From NCBI GenBank assembly GCA_950097015.1, contig CATNEN010000002.1, positions 5,952,001-6,016,000 of the forward strand: a stretch of 64,000 bases of DNA. Direction: 5' to 3'. This DNA comes from Macrostomum hystrix (taxonomy: Eukaryota; Animalia; Platyhelminthes). Of this stretch, positions 24,707 to 36,590 are shown one piece after another (the first letter of the stretch is position 1; each line of letters starts with the position of its first letter). The notes beneath the pieces were generated by a model. The model had not been told where the DNA came from and searched no databases. It saw nothing but the letters and a program-made list of their open reading frames with translations. A program made the translations under genes and the position numbers.

Positions 24707-27318
24707 ATACGGTAGCTGAAGCAGGCTTGAGATTCGCCAACTCGTTGATCGCCGGCTGGTGCAGAAGTCCAGGCTGATGCTGACGCGGTTTGTGGGGCCG
24801 CTCGACTCGGCGCCTCTCGCTTTGTCGCTGCCTCCGCCGCCTCCGCCGCCACCGCTGCTGCTCGCCTTCTCGTCGAAGCTGCTCAATGTCGATCGGCTGC
24901 CAGTCGAGAGACTCGGAGAAGCGGTGGCCATCGAGCCGGCGGAAACCACGGCAGCAGCGGCAGCCGAGGCGTCCGAGTCGTGGAACAGGACGGTGCGCGA
25001 GCCGGCCGGGCTGAGGCAGGCAACGCCGCGCTCGATCGTCACCAGGGGCAGCCGCGCCCAACCGAGGCAGCGCTCGCCGCGTTGCTGACGGCTGGACCGG
25101 TGCCAAGCCTCCAGGGCCAGCTGGTGCTCTTGGCTCGACTGAAGCCGGCTGAGGTCCAGCCGAATCAGCTGATCCCAGACAGGCTGGGAGCGGTGGTACA
25201 TCACCCGGCTGCGGAACGGGTGTGCTTCGCCGCCGCCACCGCCACCGCCGCCACCGCCACTGCCGCCCCTGCGGACCAGCGGCGCCTCGAGGTTGGCAAT
25301 AACGCCGGGAACCGGGCTTCCACTCGAGTCGACAACCTTTTCGATTGCAGGGATTTCGAATTGAGGTGAAAATAAATATAGAAATTTTGGAAGGTCATTA
25401 TCACCTTAAACCAAAGCTCGTCAACTATAACGATTTGAACTTCGACCCTATTTCGTCAGATGGATTTCTCGACACGGATGATTCCCACGCGGGCTGGGAC
25501 ACCCCGAAGACTGAGACTTTCACTCTACTTGAATTGGAAACTACAAGCCTACTCACCTGAGCGACAATCTCAACGTTGGGCTCCGAGTGCCCGTTGGCAG
25601 TGGCGGCGCTGAAGTGTCCGGAGTCCAGCCACACGTAAGCCTCGTCCCGGTCGTCTCGTCCGAGACCGCCGCGGTGACTCGTCGGCCGGGAGGTGAGCAG
25701 CGCGGAGGCTGTCGACGCGCCGCTGACAATGCGAGCTTGCAGCCTCAGCTGGGCTACAAAATCTTCCGCGGTTGCGGTCGATGGCCTCCGGCCCATCAAG
25801 GAATCCCCGGGCTTCGACCTCGGACCGTCGACGTCGACAGAGTCGCTAGAGGCGCCGACTTGCACGATGCCGACAGTGACAGCCTCCCCGGCTGAGGCGG
25901 CTCGACCAACTTCAGCGAAGGCCTGGCCGAACGGGCGAAGAACGAAGCCACCGCTGAACCCGCCGCCGCTGCCACCGCCGCTGCCGCTGCCACCGCCGCT
26001 GCCACCGCCGCCGCCGCCTTTAAGAAACTCGCCCAGGCTGAGTCGCTGTGTCGGCAGTCGACCTCGACGATCTACGCGGATGTGGAGCACGGAACTGAAC
26101 GCCACGGAGCTGCCGACTTCCCTGACGAGACGAACAAAAGTAACAATCCTAGTTTGGGATACTGGACTCTATCGATGATTTAGGGATTAGGGATTAGGGA
26201 TTAGGGATTAGAAGGGGGTGAGTGGCATAGCAGTTAATGCGTTTGCCTCTCGAGCCAAGGTCCCTAAGCTCGATTCCGCGACGAGGCCACATTAATTCGG
26301 GGCGCAGCCGCGGAGAGAAGGCTTGGGGGCTTGTCGTGCAATTTACGCCCTTGAGGGCCAACCTCCAAGGCACAGTGAGAGTCTACACTGCCTGACGACG
26401 AGAAAGTCAGGGCAGATGTGCACACCTGTTGTGAGTGTGTGCCCGCGTACAGTATCTGTGTGCGAGTGTTCCTGGAGTCAGAATTGCCTCCTCGCTGGCT
26501 GCGGGTCTAGTGTCATCGTATGATATACCATTGCCCCCAGCCCTCCTGCAATGAATATTATCATAATTATTTTGGATTAGAACCTCCATAAGGTTGCGAG
26601 GGTTGTGGGCTTGTGGGACAATTAATCCCAGGCATAGAGATTAATCCCAAATTAATCCCAGGCATAGAGATACTGTTGCAGCGTATGTTGTGAGCAGCTG
26701 GCCAGAGCTCTCTGGTTGGTTGAAGCTTCTATCTCGTGTCAAAAGTATACCCTTCTTGTCCATTGTTACCCCAGAACCCGAAGTGTCTGGACTCTGAACT
26801 GTCCCGCAGGAAACCCCAGGCGGTCAGCACTCAAATCCCTGATAATGAAAAGTTTGCCATTCTGGAGCCATTCCAGTTTGTGTGCCTCAGGGATTTCAAT
26901 ATCGATTGGGAATCGCGACCAACGATCGAGATGCTGCATCAGGGGATTCGGAGAGTCACCTGAACAAAACGGACGCATCCAGCTGAGCCCCCGGTGGCTT
27001 CTGGCCCAGATCCGAGGCCGGGTCGCACAGCAGGGTCAGCGGCTCCCACTGCCCACCGCACTTGAGTCCATTCGATGTGTTGCAACTATCTGAGCACAGG
27101 ACCAGCGTGATCTCCAGCGGTTCCGGACAGCTCGGACAGTCCAGACTGAGCAGCCTCACTAGCAGGCTGGCCGGTTCGTCTGCCGCCTCTGCCGATCCTG
27201 CAGTCGTTGACGCTCCGGTCTCGGTCTCCAAAGTTTCATAGGCCTGCGCAAAGAAGTCGTCCAGACAGCAGGCCGATCCATCCCCGGCGCCAGGGCAGCG
27301 CCCCTCATCCTGCGACAT
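18257..27318 (-). CDS. Highly divergent DOCK180-family (DOCK-A/B type) Rho-GEF-like protein, 9 exons, ~1685 aa
   Basis: Exons 27318-27057, 26959-26770, 26121-25557, 25336-24368, 24258-23824, 23329-23042, 22096-21536, 21017-20499, 19525-18257. All introns are GT-AG with compatible phases; the sum is 5058 nt. DHR-1/C2 motifs: VLRPFGQAFAEV, DDRDEAYVWLDSGHF...NVEIVAQV, VMYHRSQPVW...HQLALEAWHRSS...LGWARLPL. DHR-2 motifs: FYL...LLRLAQLQ...AEAACCL...LDWSDEP, QSELK|ERLL, PPTYYLAV, SPAESAARSI. Confidence 0.85.
20045..20340 (-). mobile_element. SINE family A copy in DOCK intron
   Basis: Matches the family A head remnant, body and 3' hairpin. Confidence 0.85.
21025..21400. repeat. Degenerate ~22-bp repeat (GGGATCTAGAGATTGGGAAGTA) in DOCK intron
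   Basis: Imperfect tandem copies. Confidence 0.75.
22110..22690. repeat. 8-bp microsatellite (TTCCATGA) in DOCK intron
   Basis: Directly visible. Confidence 0.95.
22745..22960 (-). mobile_element. SINE family B, most complete copy
   Basis: Minus strand reads GTAGTCTTGTGGTTAGAG (A-box-like)...GGTTCGATTC (B box)...CACCCAGCTGTT...CAGTCCATGGACTGAACAGCTG. Confidence 0.8.
23445..23660. mobile_element. Composite of a SINE A 3' fragment (-) and SINE B fragments (+)
   Basis: 23445-23530 matches family A. 23545-23660 has CAGTCAATGGACTGAACAG and a head with GGTTCGATTCC. Confidence 0.7.
26178..26212. repeat. Short (GATTAGG)n telomere-like tract
   Basis: TTAGGGATTAGGGATTAGGGATTAGGGATTAG immediately before a SINE head. 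Confidence 0.8.
26215..26575 (+). mobile_element. SINE family A, near full length with best-preserved tRNA-like head
   Basis: TGGCATAGCAGTTAA (A-box-like) and GCTCGATTCC (B-box-like), then body, 3' hairpin and AT-rich tail. Confidence 0.85.
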
Positions 27319-28039
27319 GATTCAGGCCAGATCTCAGGTGAAAGTGGCGCTGCCAAATCGTTGGATTTCAAGACAGTTGAAATCTGCTAATTTTCTATTT
27401 AGCTACACAGTTCCACATGCAGTGTTTTCATCTCTGGTTCACTGCGAGGCAAATGAACTGCGCGCCTTTCTCTCCTTCTTCTCTGCACCCCTACCGCTCT
27501 CTCCTGCTTTAAGTGCTCGGTCGCACACTAATAACATTCCAGTGGCCACTATAATTCAAGCTATGGACATTGGACAGGGCTGAGGTTGGAGCTGCTGTCT
27601 TGTGTACAGTCAACACGACATGGCACGCTCGAAGAGGACAAAGTGGAGCGGACGATGGGGTGTCTTGGCGGGGTTCGTAACTTTTTTTATGATGACAGGC
27701 GCAAGACGAACCAAAGCCGTTTTGCATTGGAGGGACTGTTCATGCATGCCGTTAGTGACACACCAGACACACTGCAACCCACCGCCAGCAACCCCACCGC
27801 TTTGTTCTGCCTGCATTGTGAATCTCATGGCCTGTGTTTATCCGCGTGCACTTAACAAAAGCGTTGTTTACCCACTGTTTTCGGCCAGTTTCTAAAGTGA
27901 AAACATTTCCATCCAGAATGCGGCTGTGCCACACTACATCCAATGTCCGCCAGCAAGTGGAAGTATGAAAGGTGTTTAATAAATAGCAAATGTTACAGCT
28001 TTGTAGGCATTGGTGCATAATTTAGCACCAGTTAGAGAA

Positions 28040-28150
28040 GGCAATTGTGTCCATTCCACTGACTCCTGAGCACACACTAACACAGTTGTGTACATCTGCC
28101 CTGACTTTCTCATCGTCAGGCAGTGTACACTCTCACTGTGCCTTGTAAGT
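28040..28150 (-). mobile_element. SINE family A internal fragment
   Basis: Matches CTGACTCCTGAGCACAC...CTGACTTTCTCATCGTCAGGCAGTGTACACTCTCACTGTGCCTTG. Confidence 0.8.
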
Positions 28151-28244
28151 TGACCCTCCGCCTCCAGGGTGTAAATATTCTTGTATCTCGTTCATGCATT
28201 TTCTTCCGCCAGCTAAGAAAAAAACTCTACCTGAATTTGATTGT

Positions 28245-28860
28245 ACCATAGACACAAGCCACTGAATTAGATTGGACCATAGACACAAGCCACTGAATTA
28301 GATTGGACCATAGACACAAGCCACTGAATTAGATTGGACCATAGACACAAGCCACTGAATTAGATTGGACCATAGATACAAGCCTCTATGAATTAGATTG
28401 GACCATAGACACAAACAGTCTGAATTAGATTGGACCATAGACACAAGCAGTCTAAATTAGATTGGACCATAGACAGAAGCCTCTGAATGAGATTGTACCA
28501 TAGACAAAAGCCGTCTGAAATAGATTGGACCATAGACACAAGCAGTCTGAATTAGATTGGACCATAGACACAAACAGTCTGAATTAGATTGGACCATAGA
28601 CAAAAGCCGTCTGAATTAGATTGGACCATAGACACAAGCAGTCTGAATTAGATTGGACCATAGACAAAAGCCGTCTGAATTAGATTGGACCATAGACACA
28701 AGCAGTCTGAATTAGATTGGACCATAGACACAAACAGTCTGAATTAGATTGGACCATAGACACAAACAGTCTGAATTAGATTGGACCATAGACACAAACA
28801 GTCTGAATTAGATTGGACCATAGACACAAACAGTCTGAATTAGATTGGACCATAGACAAG
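28245..28860. repeat. ~31-32-bp minisatellite (GAATTAGATTGGACCATAGACACAAGCAGTCT)
   Basis: Tandem copies are directly visible. Confidence 0.95.
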
Positions 28861-29309
28861 CCCACATAGAAAAAATGGCACTGAAAACATAATAATAAAA
28901 TTGTATAAACGAGTTTTAAAAGCTAAATCTACTCAAATACTAAATGAGCAACTGTCTCACAGATCGATGAACAACGAGTGTCTTAATGGCTTCTGGCATC
29001 ATGGGGTGGACATTGCCAGTGCGTGGACTGAACAGCGCAATAGTTGCCGCTGTGCCATCTGTATTTTTGAACATCTGGTATAAATAGTTTATTTTCATGC
29101 ACTGAAATTTTCGAGCGGTCCAAAATCTAGTAAATTTGCCGATTTAAATTTCCTACTTTCTACTGTCAATAGGTGAGACTGACTGAGTGACAGAATTTCA
29201 GTTTTTTCTGTATCTGCCAAAATATTTCACCAATCGCCATGAAACACTCCAAATACCACAAATACCCCAAATCGACCCAATGGGGTACTAATTAAGGTAA
29301 AAACGCTGC

Positions 29310-32090
29310 TTGTCCCTAGTCTCCTGTCCCTTGTCCATTGTCTCCTGTCCCTTGTCTCCTGTCCCTTGTCTCCTGTCCCTTGTCTCCTGTCCCTTGTCCA
29401 TTGTCTCCTGTCCCTTGTCTCCTGTCCCTTGTCTCCTGTCCCTTGTCTCCTGTCCCTTGTCCATTGTCTCCTGTCCCTTGTCTCCTGTCCCTTGTCCATT
29501 GTCTCCTGTCCCTTGTCTCCTGTCCCTTGTCTCCTGTCCCTTGTCTCCTGTCCCTTGTCTCCTGTCCCTTGTCTCCTGTCCCTTGTCTCCTGTCCCTTGT
29601 CCATTGTCTCCTGTCCCTTGTCTCCTGTCCCTTGTCTCCTGTCCCTTGTCTCCTGTCCCTTGTCTCTTGTCCCTTGTCCATTGTCTCCTGTCCCTTGTCT
29701 CCTGTCCCTTGTCTCCTGTCCCTTGTCTCCTGTCCCTTGTCTCTTGTCCCTTGTCTCCTGTCCCTTGTCTCCTGTCCCTTGTCTCCTGTCCCTTGTCTCC
29801 TGTCCCTTGTCTCCTGTCCCTTGTCTCCTGTCCCTTGTCTCCTGTCCCTTGTCTCCTGTCCCTTGTCTCCTGTCCCTTGTCTCCTGTCCCTTGTCTCCTG
29901 TCCCTTGTCTCCTGCCCCTTGTCTCCTGTCCCTTGTCTCCTGTCCCTTGTCTCCTGTCCCTTGTCTCCTGTCCCTTGTCCATTGTCTCCTGTCCCTTGTC
30001 TCCTGTCCCTTGTCCATTGTCTCCTGTCCCTTGTCTCCTGTCCCTTGTCTCCTGTCCCTTGTCTCTTGTCCCTTGTCTCCTGTCCCTTGTCTCTTGTCCC
30101 TTGTCTCCTGTCCTTTGTCCATTGTCTCCTGTCCCTTGTCTCCTGTCCCTTGTCCATTGTCTCCTGTCCCTTGTCTCCTGTCCCTTGTCTCCTGTCCCTT
30201 GTCTCTTGTCCCTTGTCTCCTTTCCCTTGTCTCCTGTCCCTTGTCTCCTGTCCCTTGTCTCCTGTCCCTTGTCTCTTGTCCCTTGTCTCCTGTCCTTTGT
30301 CTCCTGTCCCTTGTCCCTTGTCTCCTGTCCCTTGTCTCCTGTCCCTTGTCCATTGTCTCCTGTCCCTTGTCTCCTGTCCCTTGTCTCTTGTCCCTTGTCT
30401 CCTGTCCTTTGTCTCCTGTCCCTTGTCCATTGTCTCCTGTCCCTTGTCTCCTGTCCTTTGTTTCCTGTCCCTTGTCTCTTGTCCCTTGTCCCTTGTCTCC
30501 TGGCCCTTGTCTCCTGTCCCTTGTCTCTTGTCCCTTGTCTCCTGTCCCTTGTCTCCTGTCCCTTGTCTCCTGTCCCTTGTCTCCTGTCCCTTGTCCATTG
30601 TCTCCTGTCCCTTGTCTCCTGTCCCTTGTCCATTGTCTCCTGTCCCTTGTCTCCTGTCCCTTGTCTCCTGTCCCTTGTCTCTTGTCCCTTGTCTCCTGTC
30701 CCTTGTCTCTTGTCCCTTGTCTCCTGTCCTTTGTCCATTGTCTCCTGTCCCTTGTCTCCTGTCCCTTGTCCATTGTCTCCTGTCCCTTGTCTCCTGTCCC
30801 TTGTCTCCTGTCCCTTGTCTCTTGTCCCTTGTCTCCTGTCCCTTGTCTCCTGTCCCTTGTCTCCTGTCCCTTGTCTCCTGTCCCTTGTCTCTTGTCCCTT
30901 GTCTCCTGTCCTTTGTCTCCTGTCCCTTGTCCCTTGTCTCCTGTCCCTTGTCTCCTGTCCCTTGTCCATTGTCTCCTGTCCCTTGTCTCCTGTCCCTTGT
31001 CTCTTGTCCCTTGTCTCCTGTCCTTTGTCTCCTGTCCCTTGTCCATTGTCTCCTGTCCCTTGTCTCCTGTCCTTTGTTTCCTGTCCCTTGTCTCTTGTCC
31101 CTTGTCCCTTGTCTCCTGGCCCTTGTCTCCTGTCCCTTGTCTCTTGTCCCTTGTCTCCTGTCCCTTGTCTCCTGTCCCTTGTCCCTTGTCTCCTGTCCCT
31201 TGTCTCCTGTCCCTTGTTTCCGGTCCCTTGTCCCTTGTCTCCTGTCCCTTGTCTCCTGTCCCTTGTCTCCTGTCCCTTGTCTCCTGTCCCTTGTCTCCTG
31301 TCCCTTGTCTCCTGTCCCTTGTCTCCTGTCCCTTGTCTCCTGTCCCTTGTCTCCTGTCCCTTGTCTCCTGTCACTTGTCTCCTGTCCCTTGTCTCCTGTC
31401 CCTTGTCTCCTGTCCCTTGTCTCCTGTCCCTTGTCTCCTGTCCCTTGTCTCCTGTCCCTTGTCTCCTGTCCCTTGTCTCCTGTCCCTTGTCTCCTGTCCC
31501 TTGTCTCTTGTCCCTTGTCTCCTGTCCCTTGTCTCTTGTCCCTTGTACATTGTCTCCTGTCCCTTGTCTCCTGTCCCTTGTCTCCTGTCCCTTGTCTCCT
31601 GTCCCTTGTTTCCGGTCCCTTGTCCCTTGTCTCCTGTCCCTTGTCTCTTGTCCCTTGTCTCCTGTCCTTTGTTTCCTGTCCCTTGTCTCTTGTCCCTTGT
31701 CCCTTGTCTCCTGTCCCTTGTCTCTTGTCCCTTGTCTCCTGTCCCTTGTCTCTTGTCCCTTGTCCCTTGTCTCCTGTCCCTTGTCTCCTGTCCCTTGTCT
31801 CCTGTCCCTTGTCTCCTGTCCCTTGTCTCCTGTCCCTTGTCTCCTGTCCCTTGTCTCCTGTCCCTTGTCTCCTGTCCCTTGTCTCCTGTCCCTTGTCTCC
31901 TGTCCCTTGTCTCCTGTCCCTTGTCTCCTGTCCCTTGTCTCCTGTCCCTTGTCTCCTGTCCCTTGTCTCCTGTCCCTTGTCTCCTGTCCCTTGTCTCCTG
32001 TCCCTTGTCTCCTGTCCCTTGTCTCCTGTCCCTTGTCTCCTGTCCCTTGTCTCCTGTCCCTTGTTTCCTGTCCCTTGTTTCCTGTCCTCC
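29310..32090. repeat. 7/14-bp satellite (GTCCCTT-GTCTCCT) with higher-order structure
   Basis: Directly visible. The unique TGGCCC variant recurs 616 nt apart (30501, 31117). Confidence 0.97.
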
Positions 32091-32655
32091 TCTCCTCCGG
32101 CCCTGCTCAGACTTTTGGCTGATTCGCTAGGCACCCTAAAATCCGCAATGAGGAGTGCTCAATCTTGACTCTCAGGTGTAAATAATCAGAAGCAAATTCA
32201 ACTGGGACAAGCGAATAAATTTGAGTTTGCACTTCGCAAAGGGATTTAATTTCAGAACGATAGAGTGCTACCATTTTGGATAATATTCGGAAAGGAAAAA
32301 CTTAATAAACACCAGCTAGCTTTCACCTTGAGTATTCTCAACTGATTCACCGAGAAAAGGAAAATGTAACAAAAAGTAGAGATTTTGAAATGGATCGCTG
32401 TAAAAGCAAAACCGGGATAAGAAATTTCATCCATGTCATCCGCTTTCCAGATTACATGTCATTTGAGGCTGAATGAATGCATGATAGTAAAATGTTTAGA
32501 TAAATAAAATATAGGCGATACGCTCGTCTCGTATCAAAGAAAAATAGAAGAAACGAAACAATTTGATTTAAATATAGCACAAAGGAATTAAATTAGAAAC
32601 TTTTTGGCCTGCTCATCAGTTTTGTTGTCATAAAATTGAGTACACTTTACTCAGC

Positions 32656-33255
32656 TCAGATCAGTTGAATGCTCAGGTAGAGGCAGGTGCTGTCATCAGC
32701 CATCGACTGCCGCAGCCAATCTTCCGGGAGCGGCACCTCGCAGCAGCGGGTCGCAGCTTCGTCGCCTGCCAGTCTCGGATTGGCGATGTCGCTGCGGAAC
32801 AGCTGGGCTTCGCCGAAATTCAGCTGGGTAAATCCGCGCCTAGCACCAAACTGAGCTGAAAAATCACCCGGCGGCCAGGTGAGCTGGTCATCGAACTCTC
32901 CGCTGACAGCCAGCACAGCCAGTGAGGCCTTCAAGTTCTCAATGAGCAGTCTCAGCTGGAATGTGTACTGCCGCTTAAGGAAGATGTTCGACTTCAGCCG
33001 GACCGGACACCGAAGGCTGAGCTTCGCCCAATTCGCGGGTTCAAATACCTTCAGTATGGTCTCGCCGTCGTCCGGTGGTTGGGTGCCGTCGATCACTGTC
33101 TGGATGTCGTTGTGCAGTTCTTGGGCCTGATCTTTGCGACTCGCAAACGACGGATCATCTTCCGTGGTCAACAGCGCGTCATTCAGAGCTCTGATGGCAT
33201 CCCGCTTCAGCTGGTCAATCGAGTTCAGGTCGTGTGCTCTGTGACTGTTCTCCAT
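32656..33255 (-). CDS. Small single-exon divergent TRAF/MATH-domain protein (199 aa), no RING
   Basis: YTFQLRLLIEN...SLAVLAVSGEFDDQLTWP...DDSTCLYLSIQL resembles the TRAF-C motifs (GY..RLFLNG, GEYD.L.WP, DD..FI). Confidence 0.65.
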   Translation of the reverse strand: MENSHRAHDLNSIDQLKRDAIRALNDALLTTEDDPSFASRKDQAQELHNDIQTVIDGTQPPDDGETILKVFEPANWAKLSLRCPVRLKSNIFLKRQYTFQLRLLIENLKASLAVLAVSGEFDDQLTWPPGDFSAQFGARRGFTQLNFGEAQLFRSDIANPRLAGDEAATRCCEVPLPEDWLRQSMADDSTCLYLSIQLI

Positions 33256-33796
33256 CCTTTAAACTATTAAACTCAAACTACGAACATAGGAATAATACTG
33301 TACCTAGTCTAGCTAGTCAAAAATGAAGGTTTTATAGGTGACGCCAAAACTACGGCCAGTTGTGTCTCGTGGTATTTCCGCGCTTCTGATTTCAAGTACA
33401 AACAGTTTGTGCAAGTACAATTAGAGAGCGTTCAACAGCCGGAAAGAATTGGTTTCTAAAAATAGCCTAACTTAACTTCGTCTCTCAGGAATACCCGTGG
33501 AATCGCCAAATAATCAACCAATATAGCTTAGAATTAGCCGATAATCCTTGCATGCACATGCAAGTATACTTAAAATGGAGCTCTAGACTTATTTAGATTT
33601 GGCTAAGAGAGAACACGAATTAATAAGGCTTCAATAGCTTTGCAAAAGTTGTGAAATTGGGTTTTCTCAGAAAAAAACTTGCAGTCGAAGAAATTTTGTT
33701 CTTTGAGTCTTGTTTTAGCAAATTGATCTCATCTGCTAAAATATTTAACCTCATTGGGGCGAATATCTGTAAATATCTGTAATCTGTAATTTACAG

Positions 33797-34269
33797 CAGG
33801 GGTCGGCAAACTCCGGCCCGCGGGCCAGATGCGGCACTCAAAGCTCCCACATCCGGCACGTTGCCCCTTCCTACACCTACAGTATCCTGTTTCATCTTTC
33901 CCATCTCATCTCTCCTTGTTCTCGTCTCTCCCATATCTCATCTCTCCCCTGTCTCGTCTATCCCGAGTCGTATCTCTCCCTTGTCTCGTCTTTCTCGAGT
34001 CTTATCTCTCCCGTCTCTTATCCCTTCCCATCTCATCTTATCTCATCTTATATTATCTTCTCCGCTGTCTCATCTATACCGTGTCTCATCTCTCCCGTGT
34101 CTCATCTCTCCCGAGTCTTATCACTCCCGTGTCTCATCTCTCCCGTGTCTCATCTCTCCCCTGTCTCATCTCTCCCGTGTCTCATCTCTCCCCTATCTAA
34201 TATTTCTATTGTCAATGCGGCCGGTGTTCTCTCTTTTAGCCCGCTAGCTAATAAGTTTGCCGACCCCTG
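33797..34269 (+). mobile_element. hAT (Charlie-like) non-autonomous MITE with internal tandem repeat
   Basis: TIRs CAGGGGTCGGCAAAC / GTTTGCCGACCCCTG. Degenerate 8-bp flanks ATTTACAG / CTTTACAT. Second copy at 42284. Confidence 0.85.
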
Positions 34270-34800
34270 CTTTACATTGCCGTGAGCTTAGCAATGAGCT
34301 GTTGGATAAGCTCGCCAAGGTTGGTGACAATCCTGGAAGCGGCCATCGGGTGATCCGACTGACCACCGTCTCCCGGGGCCAATGTAAACGACGACTTAAG
34401 GCACCGCCGTCGCATATTGTTATCGTTCTGGGAAATCCCCTGAAAAGACATGGCATTTTCGTGGTCACGCCGTGCAAAAAGGAACTCTGAACTGACAATG
34501 CCGCGGAAATCCCGCGATTCTGCAAGATGTACATTTAGTGGATGTGGCAAGCTCCAAAGTACAGCGTGCTATAAATAGCCACTAGTTCCAAATTAAAAAG
34601 TTTCGTTGAAATGCACATTCAGAATCTAGAAGTATAGAAAGTTCCAAGTACATTTAAGGCCACGGATCGCCACGGAATCGCCGCGGATCGCCGCGGAATC
34701 GCCGCGGATTTTTTGATTGCTGAATATCAAAACAACACAATGCGATTACAAGTGACCAGAGATTGTGACACAATAGCGGATCCGGACTTTAGAAGCGAAA

Positions 34801-35921
34801 ATGACTGCTAGTGGTGAAGACGAGGACGCCATTTCAAAGATCACTCGGCAGATACAAGACTTGGAGTGTAGAATTCGCGCTGTTGCCAGCAGTGTGGCAA
34901 ACTGGCAGCGCACAATCAGCAACTGGAAGAGCGACCTACACCTGGTGATGCAGCCGGAGTTCCTCGAGACCTGCTGCCACCTGCTGGAGCTGCGGGCAAC
35001 GCCGAAATGGATTAGAGATCGCTTCGTGTGGAAAATCTACTATCCTTACCTGAGACTGCGGCAGGGCGTCAGGCAGCTGACTTCGCCGGAGTTCGAGTGG
35101 GCCAGTCATGGTGCTCGGTTCCGCCTGCAGCTGCGCCCAGTGACGCTGGCCACCGCAACCGACGTGGATGAGGCTTCGCTAGAGGTGGAGCTGCTGCTGC
35201 AACCGGTAAATTAGCTCCTACCTACTAATAATTGCAGGAGGGATGCGGGCAATGGCACATAATTTGGTGACACTAGACCCGCAGCCAGCGAGGAGGCAAT
35301 TCTGAACATTTCGCTGACTCCAGGAATGCACGCACACAGATACGGTGTGTACATCTGCCCTGACTTTCTCATGTCAGGCATTGTACACTCTCACTTCGCC
35401 TTGGAGGTTGTCTCAGGGACCACCGTAGTGTGAGAGGCAAACATCGCACAATCGCACTGCCACTCACCCCCTAATTAGCTTCTAGATGAGGTACCAATTA
35501 CACCTAGCTCATTTCGGCGAGTGGCACAGCTATTCTATGGCGCTTCTATACAGGCTGTGTACAGCACTTCAGTCAGTGGACAGGATTGGTCAGTCAGTGA
35601 TAAAAACTCAAACTTCGTGTTTCGCAGGGCAATCTCGACGACATTACCTGCTGGCCACTGAGAGCGAGGCTGCAGGTGCGCCTGATCGACCTGCTGGACA
35701 CTCGCCATGGTCCCACCGGCCAGTCCGAGACTTTCAGCGTCGACAGGCGCATGCCGGACGAAGGCGGTCGAGTCAACCAGAGAAGCTGCTGCCTGGTGCG
35801 CGACTGGTCAGTGAAGCTGCGGGATCTCCGCTGCGGGCTAGTGGATGAACAGGTTCCCGGAGGTCGCTTTGTGCGCAGCGAAGCAGCTTACCTGGAGGCC
35901 GCAATTAGTGAACAATCTTGA
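34801..35921 (+). CDS. Two-exon coiled-coil + divergent TRAF/MATH-domain protein (~232 aa), no RING
   Basis: Exons 34801-35205 and 35628-35921, joined by a phase-0 GT-AG intron that contains a SINE. Motifs FVWKI...LTSPEFEWASHGARFRLQL and GNLDDITCWPLRARLQVRLID. Confidence 0.7.
35225..35475 (-). mobile_element. SINE family A copy within the MATH-gene intron
   Basis: Matches family A from the CACTCACCCC head remnant to the 3' hairpin. Confidence 0.85.
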
Positions 35922-36590
35922 AGCAGCAGATAGATGTTGAAACCCGTGAAGACCAAGCATAAACCAAAGGACTTGGTAATTTTCACTGTCGAAAAGCGAT
36001 TTCCTCGTCTTTTCAAGACACCAATTCAAAAATAAGAATCTAAGTTTCCAAATCTCGTCAAATATAATTGTAAAGAATATTTTTTTTATAAAATGCTTTT
36101 TACTGTCTCGCCCGTTCAGCTTTTCCGTAACGGTCAAATAATGGAACAGAAAATGCAGATAAAAATATTTCATGATGATGCATTTGCTACCATGAAGACT
36201 TCTATGAAATAGTCCTATTTTATTCAAGCATAGTTCTAACAGATTTTATAGTGTTACACTGGGTTCGTGATTAAAACTCACAAACTGCATTTCAACAAGG
36301 TGTTTGAAAAATCTTCAACTATTAAGAGGCGATATTTTTTGGCTGGGCATACACGATTTCGTTTTAACGGAGAACAAATTTTATGTTTTATTGTTTAAAA
36401 GCAATCCAGTTTCTCAATCCTGAAGCTCCGATGAAAAAACAATGATTTCTGAAACTACGCTCGTACAACTAGTGTCAAATAGTTGGCCTGAAACTAGACC
36501 AAGCAGCATATAATGCCATAAAAAAAAAGTTTTACATCACCATCAATAAGAAAATATTTCTTTACAGACAGCCAAGCTGGTTCATCTTTC

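Noticed and set aside
26178-26212. Telomere or chromosome-healing site
   Set aside because: The unit is 7 bp (GATTAGG), there are only ~5 copies, and it lies inside a DOCK intron.
26388-26420. Hammerhead ribozyme core (CTGACGA...GAAA) in SINE A
   Set aside because: Only 3 nt separate CUGANGA from GAAA, so stem II cannot form. The segment folds better as a simple CTGAC/GTCAG hairpin, and the distal GAAA gives no valid stem III/NUH site.
28245-28860. CRISPR-like array (also considered for the 31-mer at 56520-58410)
   Set aside because: Head-to-tail tandem repeats without unique spacers, no cas genes, and a eukaryotic context.
29227-32168. Six ORFs of 576-952 aa
   Set aside because: Heptamer satellite open in several frames on both strands; not gene-like.
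34257-34550. Short overlapping ORFs beside the MITE
   Set aside because: Under 100 aa, begin within the MITE end, and show no recognisable motif.
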